Positions 48,535 through 57,469 of a DNA stretch of 64,000 nt are shown piece by piece. The DNA lies in IMG/VR virus record IMGVR_UViG_3300044557_000104, positions 54,437 through 118,436 of that record; one strand, written 5' to 3'. A model generated the notes under the pieces. It ran no database searches and had not been told where the DNA came from. It saw only the letters and a list, made by a program, of their open reading frames with translations. The position numbers and the translations under genes were made by a program. Source of the stretch: a virus (lineage: Duplodnaviria; Caudoviricetes). Position 1 is the stretch's first letter; every line of letters starts with the position of its first letter.

Positions 48535-49017
48535 ATGACAAATAGAACTATTACACTAGACGCAGCAACACACTTATTCAATACAAATATCTATAAAGAC
48601 TTAACTCATGTGGCAAATACTGCACGGGCGTCTTACACAAAGCTATCCCAAGATCAGTTTTATAAAGTTATAACTACTAATGTATACTTAAAGAATAATC
48701 ATGATGATTACTTTTATTTCACTGTTGTAGAAACTCCAGATAACACTTTCATCCTTAATAAGGATTACCCAACTGTGACATGGTATGCTAGAAATCGCAA
48801 GGCTCTAGTAGAGTTATTCCCATGCTCTAAAGAAGATATTGGAGTGTATCCAGAGGAAACGGATACACAACAGGTAGAAGATCCAGAGGTTACTGCGTTC
48901 CTTAACTACTTAATGGGGAATATTACTGAAAATTTCAACTTATCTAAGGAAGAGTCTAAAGAATTAAAGGATTCTCTAAGTGAAAAGTTAACCGCGACAA
49001 ATTACAAAAATATCTAG
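48535..49017 (+). CDS. Hypothetical protein (stand-alone transcription unit)
   Basis: RBS GAGGT; upstream -10-like boxes; followed by terminator. Confidence 0.6.
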   Translation: MTNRTITLDAATHLFNTNIYKDLTHVANTARASYTKLSQDQFYKVITTNVYLKNNHDDYFYFTVVETPDNTFILNKDYPTVTWYARNRKALVELFPCSKEDIGVYPEETDTQQVEDPEVTAFLNYLMGNITENFNLSKEESKELKDSLSEKLTATNYKNI

Positions 49018-49025
49018 TTTAACTA

Positions 49026-49062
49026 ATAAGTATTCTTTCATTATAGAAAGGGTGCTTATTTT
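49026..49062 (+). terminator. Intrinsic terminator
   Basis: AATAAGTATTCTTTC/GAAAGGGTGCTTATT + TT. Confidence 0.7.
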
Positions 49063-49261
49063 AGTCTACTGATTTTTAGAGTATACGAGTAAGGGACTCT
49101 ATTAACCTAGTAGTCAAAAGACAATTTGTATAGAAAATACCTGTAATCTTAAAGCTCGTTCCTCTATTGATGATTAGTTTATAAGGGCTTCTATTTTTTA
49201 ATGGTTAAACTCCATTATGATGTATACTTAATATATAATGGATGGAAGTAGGTGACACATA

Positions 49262-50017
49262 ATAGCTAAGAAAAAAGACCCAAAAGATAGTGTAATTGGA
49301 TGGAATACTGATAATAAGAATACATTTAGTACCCTTGGAAATTACTATGTAGGTGATAATGGTAAGAATCTCACCTTTGTACGTAGCCCTGAAAAGTTGT
49401 TAAAGCAGTACTCGAATTTACTACATAAACTAGGTAAGCAATATGGAGATAACCTTAATACAGCACAGGAACGTCAAGACCTATATGCTTACATCACTAA
49501 TACTTTTATTGAGTTGGTACTAGAGTATGATATGGAAAATGATGTGGACTTTCCCGGCTATATTGCTAGAATGCTAAAAGCTCGAATTAGTGGTTCATAC
49601 CTGAATAAATCCAATGAGTATAATCGTCATATCTCCCCTATTGGTTCTCCTGATACTTCTATTGAGAGCTTAGGTGAGGAACTGCAAGGTGCTAGTGGAT
49701 TAACCTATTCCAAGTCTATTTCATCTAATTACCAAGCAGAGATGCAAAAAGATGGGGTTGTACGTGGCTTAGATGTAAAGATGGTGTCTAAAGGTAAAGA
49801 TGGTGATGATGATTACTCACTATTCTATGTCCATGACCAACTTAATCGAACTGAATATGCTAGTGAAGCAAAACATGCTTTGATTGATGCAATTGGTAAA
49901 GGTAACTTATCACCATCAGAAGCTAAAAAGCTAGTAGCTCAACAACTAAATTTAGATGATGATACTATTAATTATGAATATGCAGAGTTAAGGAATTTTC
50001 TCATTAAATTCTCATAA
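49262..50017 (+). CDS. Phage RNA polymerase sigma factor (probable ATA start; track start 49397)
   Basis: QY.NL...L....YI...FIELVLEYD....DFPGYI..ML motif; synteny after recA; frame open to 49256. Confidence 0.75.
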   Translation: MAKKKDPKDSVIGWNTDNKNTFSTLGNYYVGDNGKNLTFVRSPEKLLKQYSNLLHKLGKQYGDNLNTAQERQDLYAYITNTFIELVLEYDMENDVDFPGYIARMLKARISGSYLNKSNEYNRHISPIGSPDTSIESLGEELQGASGLTYSKSISSNYQAEMQKDGVVRGLDVKMVSKGKDGDDDYSLFYVHDQLNRTEYASEAKHALIDAIGKGNLSPSEAKKLVAQQLNLDDDTINYEYAELRNFLIKFS

Positions 50018-50050
50018 ATGGCTAAATTACTCTCGATGTTACTATATTAT

Positions 50051-50305
50051 AAGAAGAGGGTTGAGAGAGCATATTACTTTGATTACGTGGTGAATCAGCT
50101 AGTGATACACTAAGAACCCTAAAGAAATAAAGTAACATTAGATATGAAAACCAAGTATCCTAATAAGTTACTCTAATATCTTTAAACCAATATGGGCTGG
50201 GACAGCCCTTAGTAAATAGCCATAACCTCTATACTTCTAAATATTATAGAAGTACAAGTATGTGGTGTTCCTAAAAGCCCATTACTTTAGTAATGAGTAG
50301 TCCAC
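50051..50305 (+). mobile_element. Non-autonomous IS200/IS605-derived element (copy 3; omegaRNA only)
   Basis: Follows TTAT 50047-50050 within CTATATTAT; colinear with 23516-23774; ends GAGTAGTCCAC. Confidence 0.8.
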
Positions 50306-50325
50306 AAGAAGAGACAAAAATAGAT
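50192..50325 (+). ncRNA. Orphan TnpB omegaRNA, copy 3 (guide from 50306: AAGAAGAGACAAAAATAGAT)
   Basis: 40-nt identity with the tnpB-adjacent scaffold 5' part; variable hairpin keeps its pairing. Confidence 0.7.
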
Positions 50326-50341
50326 AAGGACGTGAAAATTA

Positions 50342-50851
50342 ATGGAATTAAAAGATGTAACCTTAGCTAAGCTAGAAGGTAACTTTGTTCTAACTTCATA
50401 TCCTACAGATGCAGGTAATGTATATGTAGAAGGTGGACATTTACAATTAGGGTTTGGTGTTAAAAATGGAGATGTTTATCAAATTGACTTCTCTGATGAA
50501 GAGATTGCAGACCCAACGAAAGGTAAATTAGTTGTTACGCTAGATGCAAGTAACAAAAAGATTTATTGGTTACAAGCTCACTTAGAGCAACAACCATATG
50601 ATACTTATAATAGTCTTCGCGAATCAACATTTGCTGGTGACGCAGGTTATCCATTATTAGAAGCATTGGATCAATATATTAAAGGTACTTATAACTCAAC
50701 TGGTTATGATACACGTTTGGTTACTATGGGCGAACTTGCTAGTGGAGTTATGAGTGCAAATGGTGGATCTAATGCTAATCCAAAAATTGAAGACCCAACG
50801 GGTGTAGCCGCAGTGGCAACTGATGATGGTGCTAAAGTAACCGCTAAGTAA
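50342..50851 (+). CDS. Putative virion structural/decoration protein
   Basis: Follows late motif and sigma gene; C-terminal DPTGV..VATDDGAKVTAK tail. Confidence 0.55.
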   Translation: MELKDVTLAKLEGNFVLTSYPTDAGNVYVEGGHLQLGFGVKNGDVYQIDFSDEEIADPTKGKLVVTLDASNKKIYWLQAHLEQQPYDTYNSLRESTFAGDAGYPLLEALDQYIKGTYNSTGYDTRLVTMGELASGVMSANGGSNANPKIEDPTGVAAVATDDGAKVTAK

Positions 50852-50875
50852 GATAAATAAAGGAGATAACTAATT

Positions 50876-51154
50876 ATGGCAGAAACAGCAGTAGATCGTT
50901 CAAACCAATATTTGAAGATTGTTAAGAAAGATGGTACATTTGTATCAGTTGGAGCTAAGGGTGCTGCAGAAGCAGACATCACTGGTTTATCCGCTGGGCA
51001 AGCAGTTGCAGCAGGTGACTACCAAGCAGTCTTTGATGCAGATGCTACAGCAGCAATTACGGACGCAGCTTCGGGTAAAGTAGATGTACCAGGATTTAAA
51101 GTTAACTCAGCAGCTCCATCGAGTGCTCCAGCTTCAAGTAGTGCAGGAAAATAA
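50876..51154 (+). CDS. Small Ig/FN3-like tail decoration protein
   Basis: DRSNQYL...ITGLSAG..VAAGDYQA....SGKVDVPGF.V motif. Confidence 0.7.
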   Translation: MAETAVDRSNQYLKIVKKDGTFVSVGAKGAAEADITGLSAGQAVAAGDYQAVFDADATAAITDAASGKVDVPGFKVNSAAPSSAPASSSAGK

Positions 51155-51165
51155 ACGAATAGCTA

Positions 51166-51197
51166 AAAGGGTCTAGGACTTCGGTTCTAGGCTTTTT
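51166..51197 (+). terminator. Intrinsic terminator with cUUCGg loop
   Basis: GGTCTAGGAC-TTCG-GTTCTAGGCT + T tract. Confidence 0.85.
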
Positions 51198-51211
51198 ATT
51201 TTGAGATAAAA

Positions 51212-51240
51212 TTGACGTAAACCCTTGTAAATGCTATAAT
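51212..51240 (+). promoter_or_regulatory. SigmaA-type promoter
   Basis: TTGACG-17 nt-TATAAT with TG extension. Confidence 0.85.
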
Positions 51241-51265
51241 AGTTGTATGAAAGGAAGGTATTGCT

Positions 51266-52162
51266 ATGAAATATATCTATGCTAAAGATAACTCAATGAC
51301 TCACCTAGCTAGTTTAATTTTAAAGTATAAAATGCCAGATGTTAAAGTTGTCTACCAGAATTATCTTAACCAATTCTCTCGTGAGTTAAACACAGAAGAC
51401 TACGTAATTATTATGGGGTTCCCGTTTAGTTCTAAGAATATTGATGCAACAATGGATATTCCAGCTAAGTTAACATGGATTGATCCTTACACTACCACTA
51501 ACTCAGTAAAACAAGGGTTAAAGGTAAATGGACGTAGTATAATAGTAGTAGGGACAGAGAAAACCAATAAGTTTAAACATCTGATTCAGAGTGTGGAAAA
51601 CTTTACTGGGATTAAGATTATTTCATCTTATGAGGGACGAAACCCATTACCATTTACTCAAGCCTATCGTTCGTTAGAGATAGGGGGTAAATCGCAGGAT
51701 CAGAACGCTGTATTACCCGCAGACTTTGATAACTTTATTAAGTTCTTACAGTCGGAAACATATAAGGTAGTGTCTGAGTCACAGACTAATACAGATAAGA
51801 AAACCCTATTAATCCGTGGAGATGGTAATCAACTAATTCCAGATGGTGTCTTTGACCATAGCTTGCATATAGAAACTATTGAAGGATACAAAATTAAATT
51901 TAGTAGTGAGTTGCCACACTACTTATATAGTCGTAAAAATGTAGATAATTCAGATGCAGTGGTATCACTATATATGCCAGTATCTGGTAAAGCAACCGCT
52001 AAGTATCTGATCCTTAATGAGCAAGCACGAGATTCAGTCACCAGTTATCTTAATTCAGTTGGGTTTGAGATCATCGGAGTTAAGGACAATAGTGACTATG
52101 GTTATATGGTAGCGCATATCTCATGGGAATCATTATTAAGTATCATGTTAAGTAAAAATTAA
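51266..52162 (+). CDS. Hypothetical protein, possibly degenerate DHH-fold
   Basis: VIIMGFPFS...LTWIDPY spacing resembles the DHH core without catalytic residues. Confidence 0.45.
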   Translation: MKYIYAKDNSMTHLASLILKYKMPDVKVVYQNYLNQFSRELNTEDYVIIMGFPFSSKNIDATMDIPAKLTWIDPYTTTNSVKQGLKVNGRSIIVVGTEKTNKFKHLIQSVENFTGIKIISSYEGRNPLPFTQAYRSLEIGGKSQDQNAVLPADFDNFIKFLQSETYKVVSESQTNTDKKTLLIRGDGNQLIPDGVFDHSLHIETIEGYKIKFSSELPHYLYSRKNVDNSDAVVSLYMPVSGKATAKYLILNEQARDSVTSYLNSVGFEIIGVKDNSDYGYMVAHISWESLLSIMLSKN

Positions 52163-52182
52163 TTGCAAAGTAGGCGTTCAAA

Positions 52183-53697
52183 ATTAAAGAAGAAAAGTTA
52201 ATTAAGTATAGTGCAGTATTAGGTGATCTAGCTAATAAGTATGGTTCTAAAGTAGATACCTTTATTGCCAACTCCCATTTTGAAGACTGGGGGCTAAAAC
52301 GAATTAGTGAACGAGAGATTAGTAAGATTCTCTCTATGGTAGCTGATAAAACGAATGATAAAGTTGCAGATGTATATAGCGAAGTCAAGGCTGGTGAAAT
52401 TACAGTAGATCAAGTCCTTGGCGCTACATATGTAAATTGTGATACCTATAAGTATTTTGATGGTGTGGATATTCAAAACATCAGTCAACAAGACTTAGAT
52501 AAGCTGGTAGCTATTAAACAACAATATCAAAAAGCTAGTCCTAGTGGCAACTATAGCTTTAAGAAGCTATATAAGAAAGCTGATGAAATTGGTATTGAAG
52601 TTCACCATAGCTTAGGGTTACTTGATTTATTAGAAATACGAGAAAAAGAATTAAGTGAAACCCCTATGCTAGACTCATATAATCCTGAATTACATAACAC
52701 AACAACACAGGCTATGCAACAGGAGATTGGTGACTTAGGTTTAAAGAAACGTAATGTGCAAAACCAATACCGCGAGTTAAATAAGCTCAAGCGTAAGATT
52801 CAAGACCGGTTATTATTCCGTAGTGAACTTCTTAATACCATTAGTAATGGAGTTGAGTTAAGTGAATCGTTCCCACTACCTAATCCACACCCAGAAACAA
52901 CAGATACAGAATTGTTTGTAGTGATGTCAGATTGGCATATTGGTGCTAAAGTAGATTGGAGTAAGAATCAATATAACTATGAAATTGCACAAAAATTAGT
53001 GCAAAACTACTTTAACCGAGTAATTAGCTATATTAATTTATATAACCCCAAAACAGTGTACTTAGTTAACCTAGGTGATATGATTGAAGGCAGTTATATG
53101 CGTGCTAACCAAACCTATACTATTGAGTTTACTATGGGTGAACAACAACGTAAAGCAATTCAACTGGTAACACAGTTTGTTACTTCAATCCGAGAAGCGA
53201 ATGTAAAGATTGTGTACACTGGTATTGGTGGTAATCATGATCGTTATGGTGGTAATAAGAAAGAAAATGTCTATGGTGATAGCTTTGCCACAGTATTAAA
53301 TGGGGTTATGGAATCCTTAGCTAATAATAAGTTATCCACAGGTGAAGAAGATACTAACTTTATTTACCTAGAACCAGATACTATTTACCGAACAGCTATT
53401 GAATCAAATGGTAACAAATTACTCTTTGTCCATGGTGATAATGATGACCTAGCTAACAACAATATCTTAGGGGTATCATCACAATTTAATAATACTATCT
53501 ATAAAGCAATCATTGGTGGACATAAGCACTCTGCTATGATTAAGGAAACTGGTAATGGTTGGGTAGTTCAAGCAGGATCATTAATTGGTGGCACTGAATA
53601 TAGTGACCAACTTAAATTGGGTGCCAGTCGGAGTCAACAGATTATTGTTTCTACCCCAGATGGTATGATTATTCCTAATATTGTTCGAGTAGACTAG
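52183..53697 (+). CDS. Calcineurin-like metallophosphoesterase (probable ATT start; track start 52336)
   Basis: SDWHIG, LGDMIEG, GNHDR, VHGD, GGHKH motifs. Confidence 0.85.
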   Translation: MKEEKLIKYSAVLGDLANKYGSKVDTFIANSHFEDWGLKRISEREISKILSMVADKTNDKVADVYSEVKAGEITVDQVLGATYVNCDTYKYFDGVDIQNISQQDLDKLVAIKQQYQKASPSGNYSFKKLYKKADEIGIEVHHSLGLLDLLEIREKELSETPMLDSYNPELHNTTTQAMQQEIGDLGLKKRNVQNQYRELNKLKRKIQDRLLFRSELLNTISNGVELSESFPLPNPHPETTDTELFVVMSDWHIGAKVDWSKNQYNYEIAQKLVQNYFNRVISYINLYNPKTVYLVNLGDMIEGSYMRANQTYTIEFTMGEQQRKAIQLVTQFVTSIREANVKIVYTGIGGNHDRYGGNKKENVYGDSFATVLNGVMESLANNKLSTGEEDTNFIYLEPDTIYRTAIESNGNKLLFVHGDNDDLANNNILGVSSQFNNTIYKAIIGGHKHSAMIKETGNGWVVQAGSLIGGTEYSDQLKLGASRSQQIIVSTPDGMIIPNIVRVD

Positions 53698-53708
53698 GAG
53701 GAAACTGT

Positions 53709-53900
53709 ATGAAGTTAGATGATAATAGATTAAACACATGGATTAAGAGTAATGCAGAATCAGGAATTGCTACAATTAATAAGTCCGACAAATGGTATCA
53801 TTATGTACAAAGTAATAAATCCAGACTCGCTCGTGTCCTAGATGTTGACATTATCTATCATCAGCACTTAGGAGGGTATTATGAAATTATATTACATTAA
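53709..53900 (+). CDS. Small hypothetical protein
   Basis: RBS AGGAGG. Confidence 0.55.
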   Translation: MKLDDNRLNTWIKSNAESGIATINKSDKWYHYVQSNKSRLARVLDVDIIYHQHLGGYYEIILH

Positions 53901-53926
53901 ACACAGTGTAGTTCATATTAAAGAGG

Positions 53927-54478
53927 GTGTGGGTCACGTATAATAAAAGCAAATATGGTGCCTATACCTATGAGGAAGTTAGAAATCTGCGTAATAGTTA
54001 TACTGCTTTACTAACTATCATATTGATAGCTCTAGCATTTGTTCCATATTTTTATACTCAATTATGGATGTGGGTAATTCATGTGTTGCTATTGTTCCTT
54101 TTAGCAGATAGAGCACTGTTTTGGACAGACCAATTTGTTCGAGTGAGTTATGCTTCGTCTAATAAGACCTATAAATGGAACTTAGGAGATGGAACTTCTA
54201 CTTACTTATTTAATACAACTAATGTAGATGCAGTTGCTAATGATTTAATTGAGAATGAGGGGTACTATCTTATTAAGAAAGAAGAAGCGTGCTACCTAAT
54301 TAACAAAACTGGTGAAATGCTAATGAGTGATACTGAGGTACCGGTTTTACTAGTATTTGATAATAAAGATGTAGCAACAGATTATTTAAAGAAAAATCAT
54401 GATAAATTTGATGATGGGGAATACTATGTAGTTCCCTTTAAGATGAAAGAGGTGAACAATGGTGACACTACTAACTAG
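53927..54478 (+). CDS. Membrane protein (2 TM); start uncertain
   Basis: Two hydrophobic helices; possible frameshifted 5' part from ATG 53881. Confidence 0.55.
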   Translation: MWVTYNKSKYGAYTYEEVRNLRNSYTALLTIILIALAFVPYFYTQLWMWVIHVLLLFLLADRALFWTDQFVRVSYASSNKTYKWNLGDGTSTYLFNTTNVDAVANDLIENEGYYLIKKEEACYLINKTGEMLMSDTEVPVLLVFDNKDVATDYLKKNHDKFDDGEYYVVPFKMKEVNNGDTTN

Positions 54479-54818
54479 TATTGTTCTATTCTATGGTGGA
54501 GCAATGGTTGCAGAATACTATGCCACAGTTTACCAACTACGATCTATTAAAGAAAAGACTAATTTAGATGTGTACAAAGTGTTTCACATTGAAGCATTCT
54601 TAACCTTTCTAAGTAATCTAGTAGTTGGTGGATCTTTACTATATCTATTCTTTATCCACACCATGCCATTATGGCTAATGGTAGTTTCAGTTATTGCTAC
54701 CTTTGTAGCTCGTAACATTGTTTCAGCACTGGTATCTAACGTATATTTGAAACATGCTTATAGAAAGATTGAACTGCAACACCGTAAAGATGCTTTAGGT
54801 GGTGGTACAAATGCTTAA
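54459..54818 (+). CDS. Membrane protein (3 TM)
   Basis: Hydrophobic helices; RBS GAGGTG. Confidence 0.6.
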   Translation: MVTLLTSIVLFYGGAMVAEYYATVYQLRSIKEKTNLDVYKVFHIEAFLTFLSNLVVGGSLLYLFFIHTMPLWLMVVSVIATFVARNIVSALVSNVYLKHAYRKIELQHRKDALGGGTNA

Positions 54819-55380
54819 AATCTCTAGTGCAGATTCAGGAATTGTCTTTGTAGAAGATGAGCCTTACTACTATATTGATATGATAGATGGTGAGGAAGGT
54901 AAGCTAGTTATTGCTTATGAAATCTCTAAGTCATCTATTGATGCTTACAATAAGGGTGGTAAACAAGACATTCAACTCTTAGGTAAAGCTAAGAAAGTAC
55001 AAGAGATTAATATCTCTAAGTATAGTAGTACTACTGCTCTTAGTAAGAAAGCTAAGCTCAAAGATGAAGATAGTGAGCGTAAGGTAACTAAGGTGTTATA
55101 TAAACCAGCACTCTTTGTCTCACCAGTAGTTCAGCATGAAGATACCTTTAGCGACAGTATTCAAACATGTTTTGCAGAAATGGGTAAGGAACAGATAGTT
55201 GGCCCAGTTACAGGCTACTATCCAGCAATGAAACCAACAGGAGTGTTTATTGGTCTTAATCATGTTAAATGGATTAAGGACGCGTATCAAGTAGGGACAT
55301 GGGAAGGTTACACTTCTATGGTCTATGAGAACTATGCAGAAGCTCCAATTGGTGGAAATGGACTAATTCACCTTGGCTGA
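54811..55380 (+). CDS. Conserved hypothetical protein
   Basis: KPALFVSPV, GPVTG, GVFIGLNHVKW motifs; overlapping stop/start. Confidence 0.55.
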   Translation: MLKISSADSGIVFVEDEPYYYIDMIDGEEGKLVIAYEISKSSIDAYNKGGKQDIQLLGKAKKVQEINISKYSSTTALSKKAKLKDEDSERKVTKVLYKPALFVSPVVQHEDTFSDSIQTCFAEMGKEQIVGPVTGYYPAMKPTGVFIGLNHVKWIKDAYQVGTWEGYTSMVYENYAEAPIGGNGLIHLG

Positions 55381-56125
55381 AATCAGAGAAGATGAGGTAA
55401 AAGATGCTATCCTAAGAAACCCCCAGTTATTTAATGGAATAAAAGATAGCATGGTTATCTTTGAGAAGAGCATCTATTATCACAAGTTGATAGCAGATGC
55501 TTTAGTCTTTACTAAGGATAATGGGATTCTAGGAGTTGAGATTAAAACTGAGGGAGACAACCTTACCCGCCTTCCTCACCAATTAGATTATTATGTAAGA
55601 ACATGTAGTTATACCTATGTATTTTGTCATGATAAGCATCTTAATAATGTGATTAAATTACTTGAGTCAAAGAAGTATGATTGTGTTGGTCTAATTAGCT
55701 ATGATGACTTTAATGGAACAGTGATTGCTGGTAAAGTTAAGGAAGCTAAGTGGTCTCCATATCTAAGTGCTAAAGCCAGTGCAACCTTATTATGGAAAAA
55801 GGAGTTATACCGTGTGCTTCGTGTATTCTATACCCAACCATCTAAGGTGTTAAAAGAACGTTATGGTGTAGAGAATGACACTGATAACACAGGCAAGCAA
55901 TACCGGATTCACAATATGGTAGGTTCAGTTAACCCAAAGACTAGGTATCGTGAGTTGCTTAATATCTATGGAAAAACCTTTAATGAGCATGAAGCTCTAG
56001 ATATTCTAAGTAACCTATACTTATCTAATAATATTAGTGAAGATAAGCCTTTACAACGTTACTACTTCGGAGACCACTATGTTAAAGGTAGCAAAACCTT
56101 CCCTAATGGGTATAAGCGGAGGTAG
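55373..56125 (+). CDS. sce7726-family PD-(D/E)XK protein
   Basis: IADALV...GVEIKTEGDNLTRLPHQLDYY. Confidence 0.75.
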   Translation: MAEIREDEVKDAILRNPQLFNGIKDSMVIFEKSIYYHKLIADALVFTKDNGILGVEIKTEGDNLTRLPHQLDYYVRTCSYTYVFCHDKHLNNVIKLLESKKYDCVGLISYDDFNGTVIAGKVKEAKWSPYLSAKASATLLWKKELYRVLRVFYTQPSKVLKERYGVENDTDNTGKQYRIHNMVGSVNPKTRYRELLNIYGKTFNEHEALDILSNLYLSNNISEDKPLQRYYFGDHYVKGSKTFPNGYKRR

Positions 56126-56128
56126 TCA

Positions 56129-56566
56129 ATGGAAAACAAACACCTTTATACAGATAAGAGTTACTACGCCCAAGGGTTTACCACTACTATTAAACGAGCT
56201 ACTAAGAAAGAGCAAGAGTTAAAAGAAGACTTTGGATTTGAGTTAATATCTAAGTATAATAAGATAGATCGTAGGCTATTAGTTCTAAGAGAAATTGATA
56301 ATTCATATGGACTTTCTACATCTACTCATGTATACTTAGTAAAGATGGGATTGGCCACACTTGGTAAACTATATATAACTGAACAGTACCTAACTGATGA
56401 TTGGATTAACCTAATGTATTCATATCGTTATCGTGTGAGTTCATATAAATATCGTCAGTTAAACAACCAAAAGTTATTAAGATTTAACAATAAGACAGCC
56501 CACCAAGAGGTACGTGCTAGGAAACGTATTAGTAACAATAAAATTAAAAGATATAAGGAGAGGTAA
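56129..56566 (+). CDS. Basic hypothetical protein
   Basis: RBS GGAGGT. Confidence 0.55.
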   Translation: MENKHLYTDKSYYAQGFTTTIKRATKKEQELKEDFGFELISKYNKIDRRLLVLREIDNSYGLSTSTHVYLVKMGLATLGKLYITEQYLTDDWINLMYSYRYRVSSYKYRQLNNQKLLRFNNKTAHQEVRARKRISNNKIKRYKER

Positions 56567-56567
56567 C

Positions 56568-57080
56568 ATGTTAAGTAAAGAACAGTTAACTAAGATTATT
56601 TATAAACAAACGGAGATGCCATTTTTCCAACACTATTTAAAGGAAGTCCAAAAGAATAAGAACTTACGGACTGAATTAACCCCTAGCTCTATGATTATTG
56701 ATAATGGTCGTCGAGTTCCAATTAGTTTGGAATTAACAGAAGATATGAAACGGGTACACGTACGAGAAGCTAGTATGTATTCAAGCCATGAATACGGATT
56801 TTTCCCTTATGCTATCTTAGTTAAGCATGAAGACCCAGACTTTGACCCAGAAGATGATTTAGAGGAACTGAGTCAAGAGGAATTAGATGCTATTAAGAAG
56901 TCCAGTGATGATCTAGTTGGCCCAGAAGAAGCTAAGAAGGGTGAAGCTCGTGTAGCTAAACTAACAGATACTCCTAAACCTAAGAAAACCATACGGACAC
57001 GTAAGCCACGTGCTAAGACCAAGACTACTACCAAGACTACCACCAAGACTACTACTAAGAAGGCAGGAACAAATGACTAA
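56568..57080 (+). CDS. Hypothetical protein with acidic then Lys/Thr-rich tail
   Basis: ATG 56568 with RBS GAGGT. Confidence 0.6.
   Translation: MLSKEQLTKIIYKQTEMPFFQHYLKEVQKNKNLRTELTPSSMIIDNGRRVPISLELTEDMKRVHVREASMYSSHEYGFFPYAILVKHEDPDFDPEDDLEELSQEELDAIKKSSDDLVGPEEAKKGEARVAKLTDTPKPKKTIRTRKPRAKTKTTTKTTTKTTTKKAGTND
57015..57060 (+). repeat. 12-nt coding tandem repeat (KTTT x3)
   Basis: aagactactacc aagactaccacc aagactactact. Confidence 0.8.
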
Positions 57081-57192
57081 GGAATTTATTAAGAATAAAA
57101 ATATGAAGTACCCAGATACTGATATGTATAACTACATTATTGCTCAGTTTGCAACATGTGTAGAAGCTAAGGTGGCTCATGCTAGAGCGTAG
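57073..57192 (+). CDS. Possible 39-aa protein
   Basis: ATG overlapping previous stop; bridges to the next gene. Confidence 0.4.
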   Translation: MTKEFIKNKNMKYPDTDMYNYIIAQFATCVEAKVAHARA

Positions 57193-57469
57193 TCCCTTAG
57201 AGGTAATGAACCAACGAGAAAGACAAATACTGGTTCATGCCTATCTATATTACCAACATAATAAAAACCTAATTAGTGACGACAAATATGATAAATGGAG
57301 TTTTGAATTAGATAGGTTAATTAAAGGATACCCAGATGAATTTAATAAATCTGCTTATAAAGAAGCATTTATAGGATTTATCCCTGATTCTGGTTATTAC
57401 CTAACTCCAGAAAAGTATCCTGCAATTGTCAAACGTGCTAATTGGTTATATGAGGAAGTTAACAAATGA
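57179..57469 (+). CDS. Stand-alone NAD-dependent DNA ligase Ia-like domain protein
   Basis: HAYLYY......ISDDKYD....EL..L...YPD. Confidence 0.7.
   Translation: MLERSPLEVMNQRERQILVHAYLYYQHNKNLISDDKYDKWSFELDRLIKGYPDEFNKSAYKEAFIGFIPDSGYYLTPEKYPAIVKRANWLYEEVNK

Noticed and set aside
23660-50305. Repeated 29-nt block as a CRISPR repeat
   Set aside because: Copies are dispersed over kilobases rather than arrayed with spacers, and there are no cas genes.
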